Shown here in pieces: positions 27,717 to 40,061 of a stretch of DNA of 64,000 nt. Position numbers and translations under genes: made by a program. The stretch covers positions 15,934,001 through 15,998,000 of the forward strand of contig OX442314.1 in assembly GCA_949358305.1 (NCBI GenBank). Direction: 5' to 3'. The notes below the pieces were generated by a model. That model was not told where the DNA came from. It saw only the letters and a list, made by a program, of their open reading frames with translations, and ran no database searches. The DNA is from Strigamia acuminata (Eukaryota). The first letter of the stretch is position 1. The number at the start of each line of letters is the position of its first letter.

Positions 27717-28669
27717 ATGCCTGCAAACATTGCCATCAGTTTTCAGCAAAAGAGAAAACTACTGTCACGGGCAGGCTACCCACCCTCTTTTTATTTTCAT
27801 TTTTTAACTTAGACTAATCCATCTTAACTTATTGTCCCTTTATTCTTTTATCCTCTTTTGATTTGATGACTCATTTTTCTATAATAAATGTGCGAATAAG
27901 ACTTTGCGCATCCTATTATTCTCAATAATCGAATTCCTATATCTACCTTTCACCCCTTGATTTACCTTTACATGATCCGGTCACATGACCAGGTTAACTT
28001 AATGTCATCTAACCCAACTGAAATCACTTCTCTACCCACTCTCGACTGATACACATGTCTTAGACCAGGGGTCGGCAAGTAATTTTAAGTGGGGTCCGGA
28101 TACTATGGAAAATTTTTTATCGAGGTCCGGAAAAGAAACGCTTTTAAAAACCTTGCTAAAAACTTAAGAAAACGGAAAAAAAAACACTTAAAAACCAAAT
28201 AAACCCCCCAATCAACACACACAACCCAAAAAATACCAATGAAACCGAAAAAACACGAAAAAAAAAAACAGGAAAAACAAGAAAAAACACTGAAAAACCA
28301 AAGAAACCGAAGGAAAAACGTCGCTAAAACGTCACCGCGGTACAAGTTTCGACCTTTCGCGGTTCGGATACGGAGTTCTGATCCCGTCGAATATGAAATA
28401 ATGTTGAGTCACTGTGTGACCGGACACCTTTAATTGCCTGATGTCAAAATTTGAGATATAGTTAAATTAATTTCTAACATTCAAATTAATCGTGACACTA
28501 CGTCTGACAATTCGTAAATTTATGAATGATGATGCAAACAAACCAAGTTGCGATCTAACTGGTTTGGATAATTTTATAAGCACTAAAATACGTTTGAGCA
28601 AGTATCATGCCTTTTGGCTACTTTTGTTCTTATTTTGCACATGTATGCTAATTTATCAGACACATGATA
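27717..28669 (+). pseudogene. Exon-1 fragment of channel paralogue 2, interrupted by a solo LTR and truncated at a MITE
   Basis: MPANIAISFQQKRKL / RLTIRKFMNDDANKPSCDLTGL...YQTHD matches 18243-18456. Confidence 0.9.
27763..28497. mobile_element. Solo LTR (735 bp), probably Ty3/Gypsy-like
   Basis: Termini TGTCACG...CGTGACA with 4-bp target duplication CTAC on both sides. The empty site AAACTACGGCTG is in the intact paralogue at ~18282-18293. Confidence 0.9.
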
Positions 28670-28671
28670 TA

Positions 28672-28954
28672 CAGGGTGTTCTAAAAGTCTGGTCCCCTCC
28701 AAATATATCCTCAGCAATTGCATCTTGGCCAACTTTGATGAAGCGATCGTATAGGAAGTTTGGTGAGAGCAATCCAATGATGTCATCAAATTTGACCTTG
28801 AAGGCCATTTTCAAGGTGACTAAGATAAATTGGATAGTACTAATTTGATGGTGCTCTAAAACTTTCTAATTGAAAATTTTTCTCTAACCTGATTGGTTTA
28901 GAAGTTAGCAAGTTAATGACCATTTGGAGGGGACCAGACTTTTAGAACACCCTG
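28672..28954. mobile_element. Tc1/mariner-type MITE (283 bp)
   Basis: 33-bp perfect TIR CAGGGTGTTCTAAAAGTCTGGTCCCCTCCAAAT, flanked by TA at both ends. Confidence 0.92.
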
Positions 28955-29070
28955 TAGACTACACCTACTACCATAAAATTTTTAACACACACAATAAATG
29001 CATTATTAAATACTGATTTATTTCAATGGCAGCAAAATCATTTTTAAAAGAAACTCGAGACTTATTTCAA

Positions 29071-31342
29071 CTACAAGATACTACATCCACAACAACACTT
29101 TTGAGGGTAGTTAGGTGCGTACACTTTGTTTTCAAAACCATATACGAAAAAATAATCCGTATCTTCTTTCCACGTGTAATATACTTGAGTAACTGGTACA
29201 ATTCGAACTCTGTGTCTCTGAAAGAGAGAGAGAAAGAAACTATTTTGACATCTTTCATTCAAAGAAGAATTCTAGGCTTAATCAACATCAACTACTTGGT
29301 TGCTGTTGCTTATCGCTACATAGAATTTACTTTCCGAAATGTTTTTTAAGCTTCTATATCTTATCTGGAACAGAAGCAAATAAATATCCTAAGAAAAGTA
29401 AACATCTAACCCTTATTTTCCAACTTCATAAATTAGCCGTATTGCTCACACGCCGTTGCTTTTCGTCCACGCGTCCATTAAACCAAGGTCGACCTTGCAT
29501 TAAACAACGGCGCGCATTAGCAATACAAGAATTAGTCACCAGATTTCTCTGTAGTCATCGTCAGAGAAAGCATTTTTTTAAAAATACCGGTAGCTCGTTC
29601 ATAGGTAAGGAATTTTTATTTACTTGCTTCTGTTACACTGACAGAAAAAAAAATACCTGACGCATAATTCTTTCCATAATATAATCTGTATTGTGCTGTT
29701 GGACTAATTTTGAAGATGCGATATTGATAGCTTGGTCTGGGAAATGGTTTATCGGCCAAACCTAAACACCAAAGAGTTTTTTTATATTTAATAATTACTC
29801 TACTGATGATGATCACGGCGATTATGATTATTTTATTTTAATACTCTCGGTAAATCCTCTTCAAAAGCTAACTGGCCACTAACTGTGCGAACTAAATCTT
29901 CCGGTAATGACGTGCGCTCTACGATGTAATCGCCTACATGATTTTTCCTAACAAATAAGAAATCTTTAATTTATATTTTATTGAAACTGAACAATTTACC
30001 AAGACAGACAAAGTTGAATATAACATTTAAGCTGTCCCTTTCCGCTACATGATTTGCACTTTATTTGTCCATTTCCATGGCAGTTTAAGCACCTACATAT
30101 AATCAGTAATGAAAAATGTCAGTTTCTTAGAGTTTCGTCTTCCAATATTGTCCTACCTCGTTCTCCTTTGACCGTGACAAAAAGAGCAAGTTTCATCATT
30201 AAATCGGCGTCCAGATCCAGAGCAAGACGAGCAATTTACCTTTCAATTAAATCAGTTACATCAGCTCTCAAAGGCTTCAACTTGTATATTTTATGATCTC
30301 ACTTGTCCATCACCTATACACGTTGGACATCGTCGTCTACCGATAGCAGCACAATCATGACATGATTTTACAGATGCCGTATGGGGCACTTCAGTCGTCA
30401 TTTTAGTTTCCTTGTACGCAGCGGGAGGTGATACTGCAATTTCCCATGCCCTAGGGGCTGGTCCGTTCACGCATGAATCGATGGTTTGGCCTACAAGAAA
30501 ATTATGAAATGTAATAAACAAATTAAAACACATTAGGCGCATTTATAAAGTCATTTAGACGAAACAGCATTTTAAACATTTTAAACTGCTTGTCTCGATC
30601 TAAATTCAAAATGGCGGCCGATTTAGTCTGTTTTCATGCGCACTACATTTAAAGAAGAAAACATGTCTAACTGCTAATTAAACTTGTATTCATAAATGCG
30701 CCTACTAAAATTATTAGACTACCAATGTATGGCTCACTCGTCCAACGAGTTTGGCGCGATTCTCCAAAAGTTTCCAAAGTATACTGAAATTTGTAAGTGT
30801 CAAAAGAGTATAGCAAAAAAAATGGAGTAATACGTGAATTACATGGAAAGCTGAAGTGTTTTCAATACTTCGAAAAACCATTTCTTCAGCTGCTGATTTG
30901 CCATAACAACAATGCTCGGAAACGAAATTTAGAAGAGCTTCTCTAGCTTGATCTTCGGTCAGTGCTGGATAACTTGTAAAACTGCTTCTTGAAGGTGGTT
31001 GACCATGGTATGCGTGGTCACTAGCCGGTGGTGAAAGTGATGCTAAATTTGATTTATTAATTATAGCACGACTTGCAGTATTTTTTATTTTACTTTTTGT
31101 TGTGTAACTTACCAACATCGAATGAAACGTTTTCATAACCATGAACCTTATCCATAAGCTCAAGAGGAGGCGCTGATGCGAGAAGATCAACAGGTTCTTC
31201 ACTCTCACCAGAGACACCATTACTAGCGTCTAAATTTATTTATGATACAATTAATATCTTATACAATATATTTTTCCCATTGAGATTTAATTAGTTTACC
31301 TGAAGCCATGTACTCCGATGGATGAGTTAATGTAACATTCAT
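29071..31342 (-). CDS. SSUH2-like protein, copy 2 (apparently intact, 10 exons)
   Basis: Starts MNVTLTHPSEYMAS. Same exons as copy 1. Ends PQKCCCGCSIL*. Confidence 0.87.
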
Positions 31343-32796
31343 TGGTGGTGGATTTCTTAATAAAAATAGAAAGTGAAATATGCAAGCTTTTTATCTAAAC
31401 ATTACAATGGTAAATAAAATAGTCACGGAATATGTAAAAAATATTTTACCGAATCAAATTATGTTGGTAATTATTTTGGATATTTTGATAGATTGCACTG
31501 AAAAATTACCAATTATTAAATATTAGGGTTCTCTTCTTTTCCTTAACACGATGTTGAACTTAATGTTCACCCTTTGAAACTCAACTCCAATGTGAAAAAA
31601 TTAAAAATGTTGAATGTCAAGATTCATATTATTTAAATTTACTTTTTCTGGCTATTTAGTTACTCAATACCTTATGTTTTAGCAAATTTACGTTTACAAA
31701 AATGTGTACCTACACCTACTTACGCTGTGTGAGCCATCGTTTACATTCAAAATAGCTTAGGGGGAGTATTCTAGTCACAGTACTACGAAATTTCTTATCA
31801 AAACAACCTGCTTTTGTTGTGATAAAAATTATCAAATACAAACAACTTGATCCGTTGTCACATTAGATAAACAATGGTTTTATTTTTCTAAATTGATAAG
31901 TATATTAATTAAAAATAATATAAATTATAATTAATTTTTGAATAAAACACCTCAGAGTTATTAGTGTTTGTTTTTAATCTAAAATATTTAAATATCAGAT
32001 AAAAATGCACTTTTCTTATATATATGTGTACACATATTTAATGAATGGACGACGCAGTTAAGTTTTATCCTAAAAATCTCAATTTACAATTATCGGTATT
32101 TCAAAACAGCTGGTGTCGTTATACCGTATGGTAGTGTACGGTTTTAAATTGTCATAACCAACCTTTAAATTATACGACTTCAATTTATCTTGTATATCAT
32201 TTCATTTACCTTGTGTTCATGGTACAGTACATGCGGTTGCATCACTCCTACTAGTGAAAACCAAAACAAAGTACAGAGAAAGCGGATATTTACTTCCAGG
32301 AAGAGAGCGGTTTTCCATATAAATAATAAATGGATTATTTAAAAAAAATCCTGTTTACAACTGAAAGCAGGTCAGAATTGAAGATTGGAACCGAGTAGTA
32401 TGCCAAAGGTAATGGTCATAAATTAAATGAAATATTTCAGAATTTTATTTTATTTTTGGAAATACAAAACCAAACATTTGTAATCAAACACACATTATTT
32501 TATATTTTTTAAATTTAAAAAAGTTGTGATTTCAATCCAACAGAAACATAAAAAAGTTGTGTATATTTTTGTAGGAAGCTTGGAAATCCTTAATTGCTCA
32601 GCAATGACTCCTTGGATGTTTGTTATTATTATTATTTATTATTATTATTTTCAGTAATTCTTGACTTTAACTGTGATGCATAACAATTACATCACACGAC
32701 CTTGATTATACAGTATACACACTTCATTAGAATCTAATATAAGTGACACCGCGTTGGCCACCGCGACATGTGTGTCATCTCGTGGACTTATTTAAA

Positions 32797-34413
32797 CTAC
32801 AAGATACAACACCCACAACAAAATTTTTGAGGATATTTAAGTGCGTATACTTTGTTTTCAAACCCATACACAAAAAATAATTCCGATTTCTGTTTCCATG
32901 TGTAATCCACTTGAGTTACTGGTACAATTCGAACTCTGTGTCTCTGAAAAAGAGAGATTATTTTACAATATCTTTCATTGATGAAACCTAGATCAGTATG
33001 AATTAACGAGAACTATTTATTGCATTAGTCTCTAACGCCTATCGTTATACCTGACGGATTATTCTCTCCGTACTATAATCTGTATCGTGCTGTTGAATTA
33101 ATTTTGTTGATGCGATATTGATAGCCTCATCTGGAAAATGGTTTATTGGCTCAACCTAAAAGCAAACAATATTTTAAAAAAAAATAATATTTTTTTTACT
33201 GATGATGATTGTGGTACTCTGGGTAAATTCTCTTCAAACACCAATTGGCCACTAACTTCGCGAATCGACTCATCAGGTAATGATGATGCGCGCTTAACGA
33301 TGAAATCATCTACATGATTTTTCCTAAAAAACACAAAAATATTTACGTTCGAACCTTTAGGTGACCTCGAAACTGAACAATTTACCAAGAGATCATAAGT
33401 TGAGTACAATCTTTAACCTGTCCCTTTCCATTACATGGCAAGCACTTTACTTTTCCGCGCCCAATACACATATGGCAGCTATGTATAATCAGAAATATAT
33501 TTTTTTTAGTGTTTGTGGCTAAGAATACGAATGTATAGTTCCAATACAAGCCGCGTTGTCCACTGCCATGGTAATTAATCTAAAATTAAATAGGGTTAAA
33601 TCATTACACTTAAGTTTAAACTAAGGTATTTGATAATCTTACTTGTCCAGTACCGGAACAGGCGAAGCATGGTTGTTTACCGGTAGCCAAACAATTAAGA
33701 CATTCTTCTATAGATGCCGTATGGGGTACTTCAATCTTTAGTTCCGTGTCTTCGTACGCAGAGGGAATAGCTACTTCAATATCCCATAGATCAGGGGCTG
33801 GTCCGTTCTCGCAGGAATCTATCGGTTCTCCTACGGGTAAATTATAAAACGTAATAAACAAACTAAGAATCATCAAAGTTAGCGTACTAAGTACCATGGT
33901 ATGGCTCACTCGTCCAAAAGGATTGGCGCGATTCTCCAACAGTTTCCAAAATATACTGAAATTTGCAAGTGTCAAAAGAAAAGAGTATACGCAGCAGATA
34001 AAAAATAGTTATTCAGGAAATTACATGCAAAGCTGAAGTATGTTCAAGATTTCGAAAAACTATATCTTCATGCGCTGATTTATTACCACAACAACTAAGC
34101 TCGGCACCGAAATTACCAAAAGCTTCTCTAGCTTGATCTTCGGTCAGCTCTGGAGAACGCATAGCACTGTTTTCTAAAAGTGTTTGACCATGGTTTACTT
34201 GGTCGTTAGAAGGTGGTGAAAGTGGTGCTAAATTAGATTTACTATTTACAGAATTTTTTCACCCGTGTTGTAACTTACAAACACAGAATGATGAGACATC
34301 ATGAGCAGCAACTAGATTTTAGTTATTTTATTACATAATGTCTTTTTCGATTGTAATTTAATAAAATAACCTAAAGCCAGATCTTCTAAGGGATGAGTTA
34401 ATATAACATTCAT
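32797..34413 (-). CDS. SSUH2-like protein, diverged copy 3
   Basis: Starts MNVILTHPLEDLAL; EDQAREAF, IEVPHTASIEECLNC, RKNHVDDFIV; ends PQKFCCGCCIL*. Exon 2 is shortened, exon 6 has lost its cysteines and its donor site is uncertain. Confidence 0.75.
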
Positions 34414-34544
34414 TGGTGGTGGTTTTCTTAGTAAAAGTAGAAAATGGAATTGTTAAGTTTTTTATGCGAAATGTAAATTGTAAATAGATGTAAATGCCTG
34501 GAAATTATTTAAGTATTTGTATACAGTATATTGATAGCTTGCAG

Positions 34545-34680
34545 TAGCTGCAATCAAAAATAAAAATTACAATGTTAGTTTAGGTGTATTTTAAGTTTTA
34601 ACATGGTTTTAAACAGGAAATGATGTCATTTTTGGTTTAAAATTGAAGTATAAAAATATTTTAGTTTTTGAATGCAGCTA
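34545..34680. mobile_element. MITE, second copy of the 14361-14494 family
   Basis: Same TIRs and shared interior (gtgtattttaagttttaaca...ggaaatgatgtcattttt.gtttaaaattgaagta). Confidence 0.8.
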
Positions 34681-35550
34681 CTGAAAATATAAAGGTTCGT
34701 TAAATGGTATGAGATTAAATGTTTAACCTTATCACTCCCAAGCAGAGGCAGATTTATGAGTTCTCACAGTACTTGCCGGAAAAGGACCCCATGCGGTCCT
34801 AACGATTCAGCTCTGTAAAGTTGGATCAGAATCAGAAGTGAATGTAGAGAATAGTCTAAAGTTGAGTTCAACATTTTCTACGGTGGAACTCTTGACTTAT
34901 ACCATAATAAAGATGGCAGAGTGATACTCCCAGTAGGACACTATTCGGCAACGAACGTTCGTTTTGTGTGAACAAATCGGACCCCAAAAAGGGATGGAAG
35001 AAAGGCCCCAAAGGCCCGCATCATAAACCCACCTCAGCCCCCGTGTGAAAAATATCAATATTTATACAAGAACATTTTTCTTTAGTCTTACTTTTTAATG
35101 TTACGTTTTAACTAATTTACCCTTTCTAAAATGTGTACTTACACTGAGTGGGCCATCGTTTACACTCAGCAGGAGAGGATTATTACATCAAAAACCATGG
35201 ATATCCTTGATTCATGATTCTAGTCTAAGAATTTTCTTATCTAACAACCGGTTTTTGTTGTGACAAAAATGACCCAATAAAGATAAAACTTGAACGTTCC
35301 TGTTTAACATTAGATTACAAGTACCGGTAATAATTTAAAATATTATAAATTAAAATTAATTGAATAAAACGTAAGTTCTTCAGTGTTGGCTTTTAATCTA
35401 AAATATCAAATGAAAATGCTTATTTCTTTTTTTGTGTCTGTGTTTATTGGTAGAGATGTCAACATCATGGACCATGCTATTAAGTTTTATCCTAAAAATA
35501 AAAAATCACAATCATTCCAATTTAATTTTGAATATCTATTCATTTATTTA

Positions 35551-35950
35551 GAGACCGTTCATAAATTATGTAACGCTAATTTTTGGATTTTTAGACCCCC
35601 CCCTTCCCCCCTGTAACAAAGTCGTAACAAATCCACAAATCCCCTAGAAAATTAAGTAACAAAACTAACCACCCTTCACCCAATTTTGATATATGATATA
35701 TTAAATACAAATTTAGTACTTATCAATTGTTTTTTAAAAATAACTATTTTGAAAATTTTATACATTTTCACACTTACATTTTTGTTAATAATTGTTAAAA
35801 TGAATATTTCGACTTTAAACTTCATCTTCCCAAGGAAAAAAAATAAATAAATCATGAAGCAATTATTTAAGTTAAATTTTCAAATTTTCAACAAGTTACG
35901 TAACATTATTGCCCCCCCCCTAAGGCGTTACGTAATTTACGGACGGCCCC
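35551..35950. mobile_element. PIF/Harbinger-type (Tourist-like) MITE
   Basis: Imperfect 26-bp TIR (GAGACCGTTCATAAATTATGTAACGC versus reverse complement GGGGCCGTCCGTAAATTACGTAACGC) with TTA on both flanks. Confidence 0.8.
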
Positions 35951-36319
35951 TTATTTATTTGTCTGATGTTCACGATGTTGCCATATACGGGTGCACCACT
36001 CCGACTAATGAAAACCAAAACAAAGTACAAAGAAAGCGGATATTAACTTCCAGGAAGAGAGCGGTTTTCAATATGAATAATGAATATTCCGTATATTGCT
36101 TCAAACTATCGAAATTGAAGATTGTGTCGAGTGGTAACTACATGGCATAGAATAGATTATACATAAAATGTAGTATTTCAAAGAATATTCGAAATTTTAT
36201 TTTATTTTTGATAATACAAAACCAAGAACAATGGTAATTGAACACACATTATACGGTACATATTTTTCCAATTTAAAAAAGCTGTGATTTCACTCCAACA
36301 ACATCATCAAAAAGTTTTA

Positions 36320-36626
36320 CACACTCAATTCTGTTTTTACACTGTAGTTATGTTCGAGGAAAAACCATGTAAAAAAAGACAAACGAGAGAAATTCCCTAA
36401 GTATTTCCTAGACAACGAACAAGGGAAATTCCCTAAACATTTTGAAGAAAATTGCGGAAAAAGGAAATATTTTTCCTAAAATTTAAAACAAATTTTAAAA
36501 AGGCAATTTTTTTAACCGAGTTATATCAAAAGAAATCATGCAAAAACAGAATTAAATTTATTTTTCTAGACCGTGTTAAATCAAAATCGTGTAAAAATAA
36601 ACTGTGTAAAAACAGAATTGAGTGTG
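36320..36626. mobile_element. TA-flanked MITE (307 bp)
   Basis: 23-bp perfect TIR CACACTCAATTCTGTTTTTACAC with TA on both sides. An empty site is seen in the paralogous sequence near 32551-32590. Confidence 0.87.
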
Positions 36627-36910
36627 TATTTTTCTCAAAAGCTTAGAAATCCTTGATTGCTCAGCAACGATGCCTCTGATATTTGTTATTCTTTTTTTTT
36701 GGTTTACGAAATCTCATGTTTTGCACATGAGTTTCAGCAATCGGTAACCCTATCCTTGTAATTCATAACAATTACATCACACGACCCTTCCCTTTTATGA
36801 CCTTGGTTATGATGACTGGGCATGGGCAGCCACGAGTTCATATATAATAAACACACCCGGTACACAAGCTTTAGTGGAATCTAATATAAATGTTTCAAAG
36901 ATCTATTTGA

Positions 36911-38465
36911 TTAACTGAATTTTTGCACGAGATGAACACAAGCATTAATTAAAAATACAATAGCTAGTAAAAAGTGACTCGACTGAATTCGGATTTGACC
37001 AGCCACTGAAGAAAACAAAATACGGAGTATTAGATAATTTTAAAAATAATGCCTGAAATAAATCACTAATTAAAACTCACCTTCAATCAGAACGGTTTGA
37101 GATTCATAAATTATTCCGTGGTGTGAAGCACGACATCTGTATGGAAATGATGCGCGAGGATTTTTGTAATTAAAAGCATATTTTGTTTGCGATGAATTTT
37201 TCATTGACTGATGTCCGTATTGTCCAAAATAGAGGATCCATTCGTACTGATTCGCAGGAAAATTGGCGTCGCACACTAAGTAATAATCCACGTCCGGCTG
37301 GATAATTATATGCGAGTTATTGAGTATGGTGACATTCGATTCTATAAAATGTAAAAATTAATAAATCTCATTCAGAATGTCAGTACGATGTGGCATTTGT
37401 TTACGGTGTGAAGTAAGTGGGGCAACCATTTCTTCTTTGCTTTTATCGACTGTGATAGTGGCTTTGGTTGCAGTTGTAGTTGTTTCTGTTGGATAAACAT
37501 CCACGGGTGGTTCAGTGACGGCATAGGTTTGTGTAACTACGGTAATATAAATATTTATTTATTTATTTTTGAAATTATTTATAAAGATTAATTAAAAACT
37601 AATAATTTCTTGCAATACACACAAAATGTTAATTTTACTGCAGCAAACAAAGAAATGCCTTCCGGTTTGGCAATGGTAGAACTCAAGTTGACCGTTTGGC
37701 CAATTAAAATCCTTCGAAAATGCAAAACAAATACAAAATAAAATAAAAAATTAACTCAAGTGACTTGAGTCAAGTCATATTCGTGCACGTAAAACGTTAG
37801 TACCAACATATTTCTGAATTTCTTCCAGCTTTAAGTAAATTCTTGAACACAAAAACAATAAAAATGGAGTACGCAAGCCTCCACTACTTCGCAACGTGTT
37901 ATAAAATCATCTAATATTGGAAAATAGGTTAAAAAAACATTGAGGAAGAGAAAATCTTTTGCCAAAAATAACCTGTCTCCAGTGTGGTTGGAGGTTGCTG
38001 ATGAATTATGCCACCGTCTATTACTAAAAATAAATCAAATTTTGAATTTTTCTCATTTGCTCATTGGTTTATTACCATTAATTTCGATGGGTTTAGAGGT
38101 GTATTCCTGATCGCCATAACTAACGCTACAGACTATTTTAGCCTGTCCCCTTTCAGGGTATGTGAAATGATATCGCGGATCTGAATGTGTAGAAATGAGC
38201 GGTTGGTATTTGTCGTCTCCCAGGAAGTAAAACCATTCGTACGTAGGATTCCCAATATTTGTGTGACAGATTAAAAAATTTGGTTCATTTGTACGCACTT
38301 CAGTTACTGTGTCGTTCAAGATAACTACCGATTGTCCCGCTGTAAACACGAGTGCAAAAAGCCAATTTTGAATTTAAAAAAAAGTTTTTAATTTAAAATT
38401 GAATAAAATTCAAACTTACCTGAATTGTCGAGAAAAAATGCAAAAAATAACAAAGTCAAAAACAT
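36911..38465 (-). CDS. Signal peptide + Ig-like + Thr/Pro-rich linker + Ig-like + hydrophobic (GPI-like) tail protein
   Basis: Exon 1 MFLTLLFFAFFLDNS. Two C..W..C Ig-like exons (LICHTNIGNPTYEW...IVCSV; LVCDANFPANQYEW...YRCRA), a TETTTTAT linker and last exon VAGQIRIQSSHFLLAIVFLINACVHLVQKFS*. All introns are phase 1. Confidence 0.72.
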
Positions 38466-40061
38466 TTTAACAGTGGGACTTGTTACTAACCCAAACTCCA
38501 AACCATTAATGACACCTTTAAGTTTGTGTTACTTGAATTTCAGCCAAACCTGACGTATAGAGAAATATTTTTTCTGAGCCAGAATTGCTAACCATCAATT
38601 TCTTCTTGGGTAATCACGTTTAAACCTCTTCCAACCCTTCCAATTTATTTTGCATTGACAAATGTTTGACCTTCTTTTCTTCTTCTTCTATCGCTATATC
38701 GGTCACTTTAATTTCTTCTGGTTTACAAGACCAGATTTGTTTTGTTTGATGTATAAAATGATAGAAAACTAAATATTAGTGTGAATTTCTTTTTACATAA
38801 GAAAAAAAATCATAATCCTTGGCCTCAATTATAAGCCTATATTTAGATTACAGCTGTTCCTATTTTAACTGATTTGAGTATACAAATGAACATTCCATCG
38901 TGTAAAAACAATGCATTCCACTCTCAGTATCTTTATTTTTATACTTGTTTTCTGACTACAGCCCATCGATCGAGTTCGCATTGCTTTCAAAAAAATTACA
39001 TTTCAATTTCAAAGAAAGGAATCGACAGATATACTAAAAAAAAACAGTTATTTGGAACAATTTTACAACAACCAAGTATTTTGTCATTAAAATGTTCAGA
39101 AATTTTTCCCAATCCCATTAGCATCTGCTTTCAGATGTCTTAAATACCTGTAAAAATGTTTTAGTTTGCTGAATGACGGCAAAACCGGAGTTGCTTCACT
39201 GTGCTTCATTTTGCATCGACACGTCACAAGTCGCAACACATTACTAACATTACGAGATCAGTGTTGACGTCATAAATGCCAAATAGTACAGTGAAGCCCA
39301 CCGTAAAAAAAACTTTTCGGGCAAACATGACATATGTAGGAGTTCAGTTGCAATTTGTTTTATCAAACCAGAAGAATTTGTTTTTTTTAATCGAGAGTTT
39401 GTGTCTGTTCAGCAGGTGCAAAGTAATTTACCAAATACTGCAGAATGTGTAATCTCAAATACAAATAGAATAATTTTTCAAAGTAAATTTTGGTGTATTT
39501 TAATATCTCTGGCTAATATTAGCAAGAATGCGACGATAACTGTGTAGTGTGTTGACGGGTATAAAGTGATCAAAAACGTCTTTAAGCAAAATCAACTATT
39601 AAATTAATTACTCACACCTTTACCTCTTCGGTGTAATTTGTTATCAACTCCAATACTCAGAAAAATTTGTGGTATACACTTTCTAATCTCTCAAGAGAAT
39701 TCGTTGCCAAGATAACATAATTTAATTCACTGCAATGTCAGCTACGGCATTACTCATAAATAAATAACATCGAACACGTAGAAAAAAAAAAACATAAAAC
39801 TTTCTTATCTTATCTTGCTGACGACTAAACAAAATAATCTCAAATCTTACCACCTGATGGTATATTTTTTACAAAATTTTTGCAAATGATACAAATAAAT
39901 TTGCTGCGCCAACGCATCATATCAAATTATAATGTAAAGACTTATCATTATGTAGACACACTTCTATCGGTTAGATAAAAGGCTGTATCTATAAAGTATG
40001 ACTTTTCACACCTACTTATCACTCGTCAAGTTGGTTGCATACAAGCACATACTAACAAAAG

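Larger units (their letters stand above)
24785..31830. repeat. Collapsed tandem segmental duplicate of ~11486-24770 (channel 1, channel 2, SSUH2-like)
   Basis: 24785-26403 matches 11486-13119; 26410-27030 matches 11670-12306; 27030-27397 matches 16662-17022; 27398-28669 matches 17919-18456; 28957-31830 matches 21940-24770. Confidence 0.93.

Noticed and set aside
28103..28433. Phe-rich and Lys-rich ORFs
   Set aside because: Low-complexity A-rich tract inside the solo LTR with no domain features.
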